DNA from: Candidatus Omnitrophota bacterium
GTDB taxonomy: Bacteria > Omnitrophota > Gorgyraeia > Gorgyraeales > Gorgyraeaceae
Direction: 5' to 3'
DNA: 57,818 nucleotides
Assembly: GCA_042570105.1 (NCBI GenBank)
Contig: JBHPHW010000003.1
Location: forward strand, 1 to 57,818
Of the stretch, positions 46,658 to 55,948 are shown piece after piece; the first letter of the stretch is position 1; each line of letters starts with the position of its first letter. The notes beneath the pieces were generated by a model, which saw only the letters and a list, made by a program, of their open reading frames with translations, was not told the DNA's origin and did no database searches. The position numbers were made by a program, and so were the translations under genes.

Positions 46658-46754
46658 AGGGATCGCTGTAATACGTCGAAATTTGCACTCGGTAAACTAA
46701 AAGGGTATGCCTACTGGTGGTACGGTAAACCTCAAACAGGGCGCATCCTGCAGT

Positions 46755-48416
46755 TTACATCTCTTCCGGAGCGCTTACGCCCAGTAAGGTCAATCCGCTA
46801 ACAAGAACTGTCTTGAGCGCCTTTACCAAAACAATCCTCGCTTTAGTAATAGCGCCATCATCGGTGACTATCCTATAAGAATTGTAGTAAGAATGGAAGT
46901 GATTGGCCAAGCCTTGAAGATAACTCAATAATATATACGGCTCTAGATTGCAGGCGGAGGATTCTATTATCCTCGGGTAGTGTGATAATCTCTTTATTAT
47001 ATCTATCTCTTCCGGCTTATTTAACAGCTTCGCGTCATTTAAAGTTATATTTAGGTTACCTGCAAATTTCATAACGCTTGCAATCCTCGCATAAGCATAC
47101 TGGATATAATAAACAGGATTATCCATGGTCTTGGCCTTTGCCAATTCTAAATCAAAATCCAAATGGCTGTCAGTGCGTCTCATTATAAAAAAGAATCTAA
47201 CGGCATCCTTCCCGACCTCGTCAATCACCTGTCTTAACGTTATAAACTCCCCCTCTCTCGTAGACATCTTAAGAGGCTTATTGTCTCTATGGAGCGTGAC
47301 AAGTTGCGATATAAGTATTGAAAGGGCATCCTTGCTAAACCCGAGGGCTTGGCATGCAGCCTTCAGGCGATTAACATAGCCATGGTGATCCGGCCCCCAT
47401 ATATTTATTATCCAATCATAACCTTTTTCAAACTTCTCTTTGTGATACGCTATATCGGGCGAAAGATACGTAAAACTTCCGTCATTTTTTACGGCTACCC
47501 TGTCCTTATCATCCCCGAATTGTGTAGACCGAAACCATGTGGCCCCATCCTTTTCATACAAAAAGTTTTTTTCTTTCAAGATGTCAAGGGCCTTCTCTAT
47601 TTTTCCTGACTGCGAAAGTTCTTTCTGAGAATACCACACATCAAACTTTACATTAAAATCATCCAGATCCTTCTTTATCCTGCGCATAATCCATGTGCAG
47701 GCATACTCAGTAAAAAAATCGCTGGATAAGGTATTTTTCTTTTTCCCCTTTAAATTATCCTGCATCTCTTTTGCGATTTCCTTTATATATTCGCCTTTAT
47801 AACCATTCTCTGGAAAATCTGAGGTCTCACCCATTGTTTCCTTAAACCTGGCCTTTACGGATTCCCCCAAAGTATCCATCTGGACACCTTCATCATTTAT
47901 ATAGTACTCGCGCGTGACCTTATATCCGCAAAATTCCAAGATCATCGCAAGGCTATCTCCGATTGCGGCCTGCCTGCCATGCGCAATGGTCAAGGGCCCG
48001 GTTGGATTAGCGCTTACAAACTCTATCTGCACCTTTTTTCCTTTTCCCATAGACAAACTACCGAACATGTCTCCTTCATCTAAGATCTCTCCAAGTGCAG
48101 TTATTGCAAATCTATCGGAAATGTAAAAATTTATAAATCCCGGCTTTTCGATTTTAATATCACCTATTGCATCCTTAAGAGTAGACCGGTCGGATACCTT
48201 TTTTATCTCTAGAGTGACTTCTTTTGCGATATCCATAGGCGGGCGTTTCAAACTCTTTGTCATACGCATAGCAATATTTGTTGAAAAATCTCCAAATTTT
48301 TTCTCCTTTGGGATCTCAAGATATATATTCGAGAGACCTTCCGCGCTATAATCCGGGAATATATTTTTTATAGCCTCTTTTATCAGATTAATTATATGTC
48401 GCTCTATCTTTGGCAT
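46755..48416 (-). CDS. argS: arginine--tRNA ligase
   Basis: GDFSTNIAM, EFVSANPTGPLTIAHGR, GPDHHGY, KMSTR, YIQYA, APEEM. Confidence 0.97.
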   Translation of the reverse strand: MPKIERHIINLIKEAIKNIFPDYSAEGLSNIYLEIPKEKKFGDFSTNIAMRMTKSLKRPPMDIAKEVTLEIKKVSDRSTLKDAIGDIKIEKPGFINFYISDRFAITALGEILDEGDMFGSLSMGKGKKVQIEFVSANPTGPLTIAHGRQAAIGDSLAMILEFCGYKVTREYYINDEGVQMDTLGESVKARFKETMGETSDFPENGYKGEYIKEIAKEMQDNLKGKKKNTLSSDFFTEYACTWIMRRIKKDLDDFNVKFDVWYSQKELSQSGKIEKALDILKEKNFLYEKDGATWFRSTQFGDDKDRVAVKNDGSFTYLSPDIAYHKEKFEKGYDWIINIWGPDHHGYVNRLKAACQALGFSKDALSILISQLVTLHRDNKPLKMSTREGEFITLRQVIDEVGKDAVRFFFIMRRTDSHLDFDLELAKAKTMDNPVYYIQYAYARIASVMKFAGNLNITLNDAKLLNKPEEIDIIKRLSHYPRIIESSACNLEPYILLSYLQGLANHFHSYYNSYRIVTDDGAITKARIVLVKALKTVLVSGLTLLGVSAPEEM

Positions 48417-48432
48417 AGTTCATTTAAAAAAT

Positions 48433-48486
48433 GTAGGGGCGCAAGCCTAGAGCCAAAATCTCTTTACTCTATTCCTATGCGCCCCT
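48433..48486. repeat. REP-like hairpin
   Basis: gtaggggcgca ... tgcgcccct inverted arms beginning with GTAG. Confidence 0.4.
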
Positions 48487-48509
48487 CTCTCGCCTTTTAT
48501 ATAAAATAC

Positions 48510-49640
48510 TTATACAGGTTTCTTTTGTCTTCTTTTCTTTTTAGCGAGCACCTTTAAAAAGACCTTGACTATCTTTGGGTCAAATTGAGAACCGCTAGCC
48601 TTTAAAAGTTCTTGTCTCGCCTTTTTAGACGACAAGGCCTTCCTGTAGGGACGGTCTGATACCATTGATTCATATGCGTCAGTAACCGAGAGTATCCTTG
48701 CCCCTAAAGGTATCCCTTCTTTTCTTAATCTACCCGGATACCCCTTCCCATCATATCTTTCATGATGCCGCAAGATTATTGGCGCAAGGTCACTCAAAAA
48801 TCCTATCTGCTCTACGATCCCGGAACCCAGAACAGGATGCATGACCATTATATTCCATTCCTCTTTATCCAGCCTTGATGGCTTTCTAAGTATCCCGACA
48901 TCTATCCCTATCTTTCCTATGTCATGCAAAAGGCTTGCGTATTTTATGGTCTCTCTGTCGCGATCAGAGATATTAAGTTCTTCTGCGACATTGACGCAGT
49001 GATGCATTACGCGCTCTGAATGGCCATAAGTATAACTGTCTTTGGCATCTATGATATTGGAAAGTGTCCTGATAGTATTTAAATAACCTGTCTCAGCCTG
49101 TTCATATAGCCTCGCGTTTTCAATAGCGATAGCTGCCTGACTTGCAAACATTGACAGTAAATCAACATCCTCATCTGTATATTCAGAGACCCTTTTATTA
49201 TAAATACTGAGGGCACCGATAATCCTGTCTTTCTGCACCAGAGGCAACGCTATTAAGGAGCGCAGGCCTTTTTGTTTTGCAAGATGAGGGTACTTATAAT
49301 GCCTTTCTTTTTGCAGGTCATTGATGATATAAACTCTTCCATCCTTGACTACGCGGCCAGCAATACTCTCTCCGATCTTAAGGCTTTTCTTTATTTTATA
49401 TACCCTGTGATTTTGGCCATAGGCGCACTTTAATATCAATTCTTGCTTTACCTCATCCAAGAGCCTCAAAGAGCAGCTGGAGGCGCCCATGATCTTTGTT
49501 GCTTTTCTGGTAATAAGTTTTAGGACTTCGTCTAAATGGAGGGTAGAACTTATGGATTTTCCGACGTCATACAGTGCGGAGAGCTCTTTTATCTTCTTTT
49601 TGAGGGTTTTCTCGAAAGTTTTCTTCTCTTTCTTTGCCAT
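48510..49640 (-). CDS. GAF plus HD-GYP cyclic dinucleotide phosphodiesterase
   Basis: GAF (SIAGRV, PL..IGAL, AIAIENARLY), GHSERV, HDIGK, HHERYDGKGYP; ATG 49640 preferred. Confidence 0.92.
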   Translation of the reverse strand: MAKKEKKTFEKTLKKKIKELSALYDVGKSISSTLHLDEVLKLITRKATKIMGASSCSLRLLDEVKQELILKCAYGQNHRVYKIKKSLKIGESIAGRVVKDGRVYIINDLQKERHYKYPHLAKQKGLRSLIALPLVQKDRIIGALSIYNKRVSEYTDEDVDLLSMFASQAAIAIENARLYEQAETGYLNTIRTLSNIIDAKDSYTYGHSERVMHHCVNVAEELNISDRDRETIKYASLLHDIGKIGIDVGILRKPSRLDKEEWNIMVMHPVLGSGIVEQIGFLSDLAPIILRHHERYDGKGYPGRLRKEGIPLGARILSVTDAYESMVSDRPYRKALSSKKARQELLKASGSQFDPKIVKVFLKVLAKKKRRQKKPV

Positions 49641-49975
49641 AGTCTGACTCTTGGCGCTTCGCCCCATAGGCCTTCCAAATTATAAAACCTTCTTAGCTCC
49701 TCATCAAATATATGCGCCACAACGCCATAGGCATCAAGGAGTATCCATCTTCCATCCTGATACCCTGCTATATTTGAAAGGGGTTCTCTTTTTTTCAAGA
49801 GACCATTTTCAACATTATCTATGACTGCCTGCGCCCGTCTTGTAGAGCCGGCTGTGGCAATAATAAAAAAGTCAGCAACATTAGACAACTTTCTCATGTC
49901 CAATACCACAATGTCTTCTGCCTTTTTTGCTTTTGCAAGCTCTGCTACAAGAAGCGCTTTTTGCCTTGAATTCAC
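49589..49975 (-). CDS. rsfS: ribosome silencing factor
   Basis: KKAEDIVVLD, DFFIIAT, WILLD, HIF...RRFYNLEGLW. Confidence 0.94.
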   Translation of the reverse strand: MNSRQKALLVAELAKAKKAEDIVVLDMRKLSNVADFFIIATAGSTRRAQAVIDNVENGLLKKREPLSNIAGYQDGRWILLDAYGVVAHIFDEELRRFYNLEGLWGEAPRVRLWQRKRRKLSRKPSKRR

Positions 49976-49993
49976 TTATTATAAATTAAACCG

Positions 49994-50140
49994 TTATGAT
50001 TTCCCAAGGATACAGAACATATTCGTTCCGCATGAAGGGCATTTGCCTTTATTTGCCTTTCTTCCATTCTTCATCGTTACTTCTTTTGCATCCTTCATCT
50101 CTTTCTTTGACTTACACTTTACACAATAACCTTGCGCCAT
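49994..50140 (-). CDS. small basic Zn-ribbon-like protein (48 aa, DUF5679-like), below ORF-track cutoff
   Basis: Manual translation MAQGYCVKCKSKKEMKDAKEVTMKNGRKANKGKCPSCGTNMFCILGKS; GGAGG SD. Confidence 0.85.
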   Translation of the reverse strand: MAQGYCVKCKSKKEMKDAKEVTMKNGRKANKGKCPSCGTNMFCILGKS

Positions 50141-50173
50141 TAGGCACCTCCCTTTGTTTTAGAAATTCCCCTA

Positions 50174-50202
50174 ACTTTAACACAATATTTCAAAATTGTC
50201 AA
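50174..50202 (-). promoter_or_regulatory. sigma70-type promoter for the small Zn protein / rsfS
   Basis: Minus strand TTGACA-17 nt-TAAAGT with TG extended -10. Confidence 0.6.
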
Positions 50203-50261
50203 ATATTTTTGTGCAAAAACAACAAATAGCGCCACCGACTGGTGCGTGGCACCAAACTTTT

Positions 50262-50831
50262 TTAAGCATACAGATCGTGCTTCTTTATATAATCCCTTAC
50301 TGCCTTAGGAGTCAATTTGGTTATTGATTTACCTTTTTTTATTCTATTCCTTATCAGAGAGGCGGATATATCTTTTGCGTTTACCTTAAGGGAAATAAAA
50401 GAGGACGGGGCATCTTTTATTGTGAAGCGCGGCCTTTTAACGACTACAAATCTAGAGAGCTTGAGTATCTCTTTCAGGTTTTTCCATTTACCAAGGCCCT
50501 TTAAAGAATCCGAACCTGTTATAAAAAATATCTCTGCAGGATCTCCATAAAGTTTACGTATCTCCCGCAATGTCTCTACTGAATAAGACCTGCCCCCTCT
50601 TTTTATCTCAATGTCTGAGACTTCAAACTTCTTATTATTTTTAATAGCACACTTGACCATATTAAACCTGTGCCCTGCAGGTGTAGTTTTGATGTTCTTT
50701 TTGTGCGGGGGAAGGTAAGTAAGAATAAAAATTATTTTCTTAAGGGAGAGTCTTTTTAAAACCTTTTTTGCCAGATACAAATGACCCTCATGTATCGGGT
50801 CAAATGTTCCTCCTAATATCCCTATTCGCAT
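50262..50831 (-). CDS. nadD: nicotinate-nucleotide adenylyltransferase
   Basis: GGTFDPIHEGH, PPHK, SYSVETL, GSDS, ISAS.IR. Confidence 0.95.
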   Translation of the reverse strand: MRIGILGGTFDPIHEGHLYLAKKVLKRLSLKKIIFILTYLPPHKKNIKTTPAGHRFNMVKCAIKNNKKFEVSDIEIKRGGRSYSVETLREIRKLYGDPAEIFFITGSDSLKGLGKWKNLKEILKLSRFVVVKRPRFTIKDAPSSFISLKVNAKDISASLIRNRIKKGKSITKLTPKAVRDYIKKHDLYA

Positions 50832-50857
50832 AGTAGTTAAGTGCTGTCCTATATTTT

Positions 50858-51043
50858 ATATATTCGTTGTAGCAGGTGGAGGCCTTCGGCACATTAGAAA
50901 TATTTTGCCAAATGTGTGCAAGGATTTACAGCGAGTTTCGGTCGTGCTCTAGGCGATAGCAGTAAAGAGAAACGAGCTGTAAACCGTAGCACACGGCAAA
51001 TTGTTTCAGTGCCGAAGGCCTCCGCCTGCTACAACGAATGTAT
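50858..51043. repeat. 186-nt hairpin element (MITE/REPIN-like or structured RNA)
   Basis: 35-bp arms 50858-50892 / 51009-51043 with 2 mismatches, plus nested stems tttgcc/ggcaaa, gtgtgc/gcacac, tttacagc/gctgtaaa, gtttc/gaaac. Confidence 0.85.
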
Positions 51044-52396
51044 CGCTCGATTATGCACAGCCTCAGAGACCTCCTGGATCGCCTCTGACAATGTAGGGTG
51101 TGCGTGTATCACCTTTGCGAGATTCTCGGATGTTATATTAAACTGGATGCATGGGGAGATCTCGGCTATCAATTCTGTCGCGCTATGCCCTATTATCTGG
51201 GCCCCTAAAATCCTATCGCTGGCATTATCAACGACCAGCTTTATAAAACCTTCTGTCTCGCCTAAAACATGGGCCTTGCTGACTGCGGAAAAAAGAAACT
51301 TCCTGGAACGCGCATCTAAACCGCGAGCCCTTGCTGTTTTTTCGCTCATCCCGACAGTAGCTATCTCAGGGTATGTAAAAATACAACTTGGGATAATATC
51401 GTAATCCAGCTCTTTTTCTTCTCCGCACATCGCCTCTACAGAATTTATCCCTTCTCTTGAGGCCACGTGAGCCAATAAAATACCGCCCTTTACATCTCCT
51501 GCTGCATATATATTATTGATATTTGTCCTAAAATATTTATCTACTTTTATCCAGCCTTTATCACACTCTATACCTATATTTTCGATCCCCAATCCTTGAG
51601 AATTAGGCGCCCTACCAACGCATACAAGAAGTTTTTCTCCGGCAATAGAGCTCCCGTTAGAAAGAATTGCATTAATGCTGTCCTTGTCCTTCTCTACCTT
51701 TTCCAACCTTACGTTTGTAAATATATTCATGCCCCTCTTTTTAAAGATCTGTTCTATCTTTCTGGATATCTCCGCATCCTCATTCGGCAATAACTGGGGC
51801 ATCATCTCTATAATGGTTATATCTGAACCAAACATCCGGAATATCGAGGCAAACTCACAACCTACAACACCACCGCCCACGATAATAATACTTTTTGGTA
51901 TTTTTTTTAATTCCAGCATGTCGGAACTCGATAGTATCCTATCTCCATCAAATGGAGAGCATGGGATCTGGAAAGGAAGGGAACCGGTAGCAATGAGAAT
52001 ATTTTTGGCCTCGACCTCCATATTCTCAGTTGCGATAATAGTGGGTGTCTTCACCTCCCCCTTCTCCCTGATTATCTCAATCTTTTTTGCCTTCAGAAGC
52101 ATTTCTATACCAGAGGCGAGTTTCTTTACGATCGCTTTTTTTCGTTCGCCCACTTTTGAAAAATCTATGTTGTAATCTTTTACGTCTATGCCGAATTCAT
52201 TTGCATGCTCTATATTGTGCATGACCATGCTGGAAGCTAGTAACGCCTTTGTCGGTATACATCCCCAATTAAGACAGGTCCCTCCTATTTTCTCTTTCTC
52301 AAATACACATACCTTCATGCCTAATTGACTAGCCCTGATGCCGGCAACATAACCACATGGCCCAGAACCTATTATGGCAAGATCATATTTATTCAT
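51029..52396 (-). CDS. lpdA: dihydrolipoyl dehydrogenase
   Basis: GGTCLNWGCIPTK, GGGVVGCE, AGDV, HAHPTLSE. Confidence 0.95.
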   Translation of the reverse strand: MNKYDLAIIGSGPCGYVAGIRASQLGMKVCVFEKEKIGGTCLNWGCIPTKALLASSMVMHNIEHANEFGIDVKDYNIDFSKVGERKKAIVKKLASGIEMLLKAKKIEIIREKGEVKTPTIIATENMEVEAKNILIATGSLPFQIPCSPFDGDRILSSSDMLELKKIPKSIIIVGGGVVGCEFASIFRMFGSDITIIEMMPQLLPNEDAEISRKIEQIFKKRGMNIFTNVRLEKVEKDKDSINAILSNGSSIAGEKLLVCVGRAPNSQGLGIENIGIECDKGWIKVDKYFRTNINNIYAAGDVKGGILLAHVASREGINSVEAMCGEEKELDYDIIPSCIFTYPEIATVGMSEKTARARGLDARSRKFLFSAVSKAHVLGETEGFIKLVVDNASDRILGAQIIGHSATELIAEISPCIQFNITSENLAKVIHAHPTLSEAIQEVSEAVHNRAIHSL

Positions 52397-53277
52397 AATT
52401 TTTTTATGGAATCGCAGATCTCTTGGGCAGATTTCTTAAAAGCCGTCTTTTCTTTATCGGTGAGCGTTATCTCTATGATCTTATTGACTCCGGAGGAATC
52501 CAATACAACCGGCACTCCTATATAAATATCGCTTTCTCCGTACTGACCCTGAAGATAAGCGCTTACGCACATTGTCTTTTTCTCGTTTTTCAAAATACAT
52601 TTAAGCATGTAAAAGACTGCTGCGGATGGGGCAAAAAAGGCGCTGGAAGTCTTTAAATGAGAAACTATCTCTGCGCCGCGGCGCCTTGTAGTATCTATTG
52701 ATTTCTCAAGAATGTCCTCTCTCAGTTCTCCCGAGCGGTTGACGGTCAGCATTGTATCGCCGTGACTACCCATCATAAAAATCTTATCACCCTCCATAAA
52801 AGATGGTTCCAGGGATGCTATGTTTATGAATCTTGCCAAATCCAACACACCTGCCATACCAATAACCTTCCTGCAATCAAATCCTGTCTCTTTCATTACA
52901 AGATAAGTCATGACATCAAGGGGATTAGTGACTACGATTATTATAGAAGTCGGGCAGGTTTTCTTTATGTGTCCTGATATGTCCTTGAGGATGTCTCTAT
53001 TTTTCTTAAGAAGGTCCTCGCGGGACATCCCGGGTCTTCGCGCCAGCCCTGCAGTAATAACTACAATGCCGGCTCCCTGGATATCCTTTAAATTCTCAGT
53101 GCCTGTTATTTTAGCGCTTGAGGCAACGATGGCCCTTGCATCAGAAATATCCAAAGCCTTTCCTTTTGCTAAGCCTGGGACTAAATCCATTAACACTACA
53201 TCGCTAAGATCAGCATCTATCACTCTCGATGCCAACATTGCCCCGACATTGCCTGCGCCTATGATCGCGATCTTCAT
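52393..53277 (-). CDS. mdh: malate dehydrogenase (LDH-like family)
   Basis: GAGNVG, GKALD, TAGLARRPGMSREDLL, VTNPLD, GMAGVLD, HGD. Confidence 0.9.
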   Translation of the reverse strand: MKIAIIGAGNVGAMLASRVIDADLSDVVLMDLVPGLAKGKALDISDARAIVASSAKITGTENLKDIQGAGIVVITAGLARRPGMSREDLLKKNRDILKDISGHIKKTCPTSIIIVVTNPLDVMTYLVMKETGFDCRKVIGMAGVLDLARFINIASLEPSFMEGDKIFMMGSHGDTMLTVNRSGELREDILEKSIDTTRRRGAEIVSHLKTSSAFFAPSAAVFYMLKCILKNEKKTMCVSAYLQGQYGESDIYIGVPVVLDSSGVNKIIEITLTDKEKTAFKKSAQEICDSIKKL

Positions 53278-53279
53278 AA

Positions 53280-54362
53280 CTATTTCTTTAACCTCGCTAT
53301 TACTGCGTCTGCCATTTGAGAAGTCCCAACAGATGTAGGATCATTCCGGTCTTTCTTCAAATCATATGTGACGGATTTGCCTTCTTTTATCACATCTCCA
53401 ACTGCATCCTCTAATCTATCTGCAGCTTTGACCTCGCCCAAATGTCTCAACATCAATACGCCTGAAAGTATCATTGCTGTAGGGTTGACCTTGTTTAATC
53501 CTGTATATTTTGGAGCACTGCCATGGACTGCTTCGAATAACGCTATACCGTCCCCTATATTCCCCCCCGGCGCTACTCCCAATCCACCGACAAGTCCCGC
53601 GCATAAATCAGATAAGATGTCTCCGTATAAATTAGGAAGTACTAAGATGTCGAATTGTTCCGGCCTCTGGACAAGCTGCATACACATATTGTCGACGATC
53701 CTATCTTCGAACTCGATCTTCTTATAATCCGCTGCCACTTCCTGTGCAACCTTAAGAAACAGGCCGTCTGTTTCTTTCATGATATTGGCTTTATGAACAG
53801 CCGTTACCTTTTTTCTTTTATTTTTCACTGCGTAGTCAAAGGCGAATTTCACTATCCTTCTCGAAGCTCTAATAGATATGGGCTTTATGCCTATTGCGGA
53901 ATCAGCCTTTATCGAAGAGGCCTTTAACCTTTCTATGCATTCCATTATATCCTTTGTCTTCTTATCCCCTTCTGGAAATTCTATGCCTGCGTACAGATCT
54001 TCTGTGTTTTCCCTTACAACAACCAGATCTATCCCCTTGTATCTTGTCTTTACACCTTCGTATAACTTGCATGGCCTCAAACACGCATATAAATCCAATA
54101 ACATCCTTAACTGGACATTAACCGATCGGAATCCCTTGCCAACAGGTGTTACGATAGGTCCTTTTATGGCAACCTTATTTTTCTTTACAGAGTCCAATAC
54201 TTCCTTGGGCAGCGGGACGCCTCCCTTATCGATAGCATCCTGGCCTGCCACCTGCTCCTCCCACTCAATATCAACACCTGTAGCGTCGATACATCGCGCT
54301 GCTTGAAGGCTGACTTCCTTGCCTATCCCATCACCTGGTATTAAGGTTACTTTATACGACAA
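53280..54362 (-). CDS. isocitrate/isopropylmalate dehydrogenase family, probably isocitrate dehydrogenase
   Basis: PGDGIG, KGPIVTPVGKGFRSVNV, RENTEDLY, HKANIMK, NLYGDILSD, EAVHGSAP. Confidence 0.88.
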   Translation of the reverse strand: MSYKVTLIPGDGIGKEVSLQAARCIDATGVDIEWEEQVAGQDAIDKGGVPLPKEVLDSVKKNKVAIKGPIVTPVGKGFRSVNVQLRMLLDLYACLRPCKLYEGVKTRYKGIDLVVVRENTEDLYAGIEFPEGDKKTKDIMECIERLKASSIKADSAIGIKPISIRASRRIVKFAFDYAVKNKRKKVTAVHKANIMKETDGLFLKVAQEVAADYKKIEFEDRIVDNMCMQLVQRPEQFDILVLPNLYGDILSDLCAGLVGGLGVAPGGNIGDGIALFEAVHGSAPKYTGLNKVNPTAMILSGVLMLRHLGEVKAADRLEDAVGDVIKEGKSVTYDLKKDRNDPTSVGTSQMADAVIARLKK

Positions 54363-54852
54363 TGTTAAGCCCCCTGTACTTTTTATAAAGGTTGATTATG
54401 CCGCCTTCTTCTATCATCGCCTTCTGAAATTTATTAAAAGGCTTTATGTCCAATGAATATCTTTTTGCCGGATTAGTTACGAGAGATCTCTTTAAATCCA
54501 ACTCTATCTCCTCTCCATTTCGTATTTTACTGGTATCACACTCAATAAGGGGGAGCCCCAGATTAAACGCATTCCTATAAAATATCCTTGCAAAACTCTT
54601 CGCCAGTATTGCATGGCATCCTGCATATTTAATCGCAAGAGGCGCCTGCTCGCGAGATGAGCCGCATCCAAAATTTTTCCCCGCTACTAAAAAAAAAGAC
54701 CTCCCTCCAAGCTTATTATAAAAATCTACGTCAACGTCCTCAAACAAATGCTTTGCAAGCTCATTTGGATCTGTAATGGAAAATTTAAATCTACCCGAGA
54801 TAATAAGGTCTGTATTTACGTCATTTCCAAATTTACATACGATCCCTTTCAT
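54352..54852 (-). CDS. aconitase-family small (swivel) subunit, LeuD/HacB/DmdB-like
   Basis: VNTDLII, GKNFGCGSSREQA, SFARIFYRNAFNLG. Confidence 0.9.
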   Translation of the reverse strand: MKGIVCKFGNDVNTDLIISGRFKFSITDPNELAKHLFEDVDVDFYNKLGGRSFFLVAGKNFGCGSSREQAPLAIKYAGCHAILAKSFARIFYRNAFNLGLPLIECDTSKIRNGEEIELDLKRSLVTNPAKRYSLDIKPFNKFQKAMIEEGGIINLYKKYRGLNIVV

Positions 54853-54878
54853 CCCTGACTCCTCACAACCAAAAAACT

Positions 54879-55928
54879 TTAAAGACGGCTTACCTCATCC
54901 GGATTAGTGACATATGTCTTGAATGTCTTCTCGCTTATAACGCGATTTTGAAAGAGTGTTTTTAAAGACTTATCCATAGTGTGCATGCCATACTGAGCCC
55001 CTGTCTGGATATGCGTCAAAAGCTGTTCTGTTTCATGCTCACGGATAAGATTTCTTATTGCAGACGTAGCAACCATTACCTCTGTAGCCAAAATCCTGCC
55101 GCCGCCGGTTTCTCTCGGTAAAAGCTGCTGTGAAATAACCCCTTCAAATGCACCTGCAAGCTGGATCTTGACCTGCTCTTGTTGATGCGGAGGAAACACA
55201 TCTACGATCCTATCTATTGTCTGTGCAGCATTAGGCGTATGTAGAGTTGCCAGGACCAAGTGTCCTGTCTCTGCCGCTGTCAGAGCGGTGGATATTGTCT
55301 CCAGATCCCTTAACTCACCAACAACTATCACATTGGGATCTTGCCTTAATGCATGAGTTAAGGCTTGAGCAAAAGATCTTGTGTCTGAATGAACCTCTCT
55401 TTGCTTGATAATGCTGCGTTTATTGACATGCACAAATTCTATCGGATCTTCTATTACAATGATTATTGCCTGCCTCTCACTATTTATAAGGTTCACCATA
55501 CCTGCAAGAGTAGTGGTCTTACCAACACCTGTCGGGCCTGTAACAAGAACCAGCCCCTGCTGTTTTCGGCAAAGGTCTCTAACTATAGTAGGTAATCCAA
55601 GATCTTCTAGTCTTCTTATTCGCAGCGAAACCATCCTAAATGCCGCCTCAACACTGCCCCTCTGCATATGAGCGTTTACCCTGAATCTATTTAATCCCGG
55701 CACTTCAAGAGAAAAATCAAGTTCCAGGTCCTTCTCAAAAATCGCCTTTTGCTTGTCATTTAATATGCTGTATACTAAACGCTTGCAATCGTCTTTCATT
55801 AACTTTGGGAAATCTGCCAAAGGTACGAGACGGCCATCTATTCTAATGATCGGAGCAGAAAACGTAGTAATATGCAGATCGGACGCATTTTTCTCGCTGG
55901 CAATTTGCAATATTTTCTTAAGGTCCAT
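54879..55928 (-). CDS. pilT: type IV pilus retraction ATPase PilT
   Basis: ASDLHI, RFRVN, TGPTGVGKTTTLA, EDPIE, ALRQDP, AETGHLVLATLHT, AIRNLIRE; ATG 55928 with GGGAGG. Confidence 0.94.
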   Translation of the reverse strand: MDLKKILQIASEKNASDLHITTFSAPIIRIDGRLVPLADFPKLMKDDCKRLVYSILNDKQKAIFEKDLELDFSLEVPGLNRFRVNAHMQRGSVEAAFRMVSLRIRRLEDLGLPTIVRDLCRKQQGLVLVTGPTGVGKTTTLAGMVNLINSERQAIIIVIEDPIEFVHVNKRSIIKQREVHSDTRSFAQALTHALRQDPNVIVVGELRDLETISTALTAAETGHLVLATLHTPNAAQTIDRIVDVFPPHQQEQVKIQLAGAFEGVISQQLLPRETGGGRILATEVMVATSAIRNLIREHETEQLLTHIQTGAQYGMHTMDKSLKTLFQNRVISEKTFKTYVTNPDEVSRL

Positions 55929-55948
55929 AATAATAACCTCCCACAACC

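Noticed and set aside
50916-51404. 162-aa + strand ORF over the hairpin and lpdA
   Set aside because: Mostly antisense to lpdA with no recognisable motif
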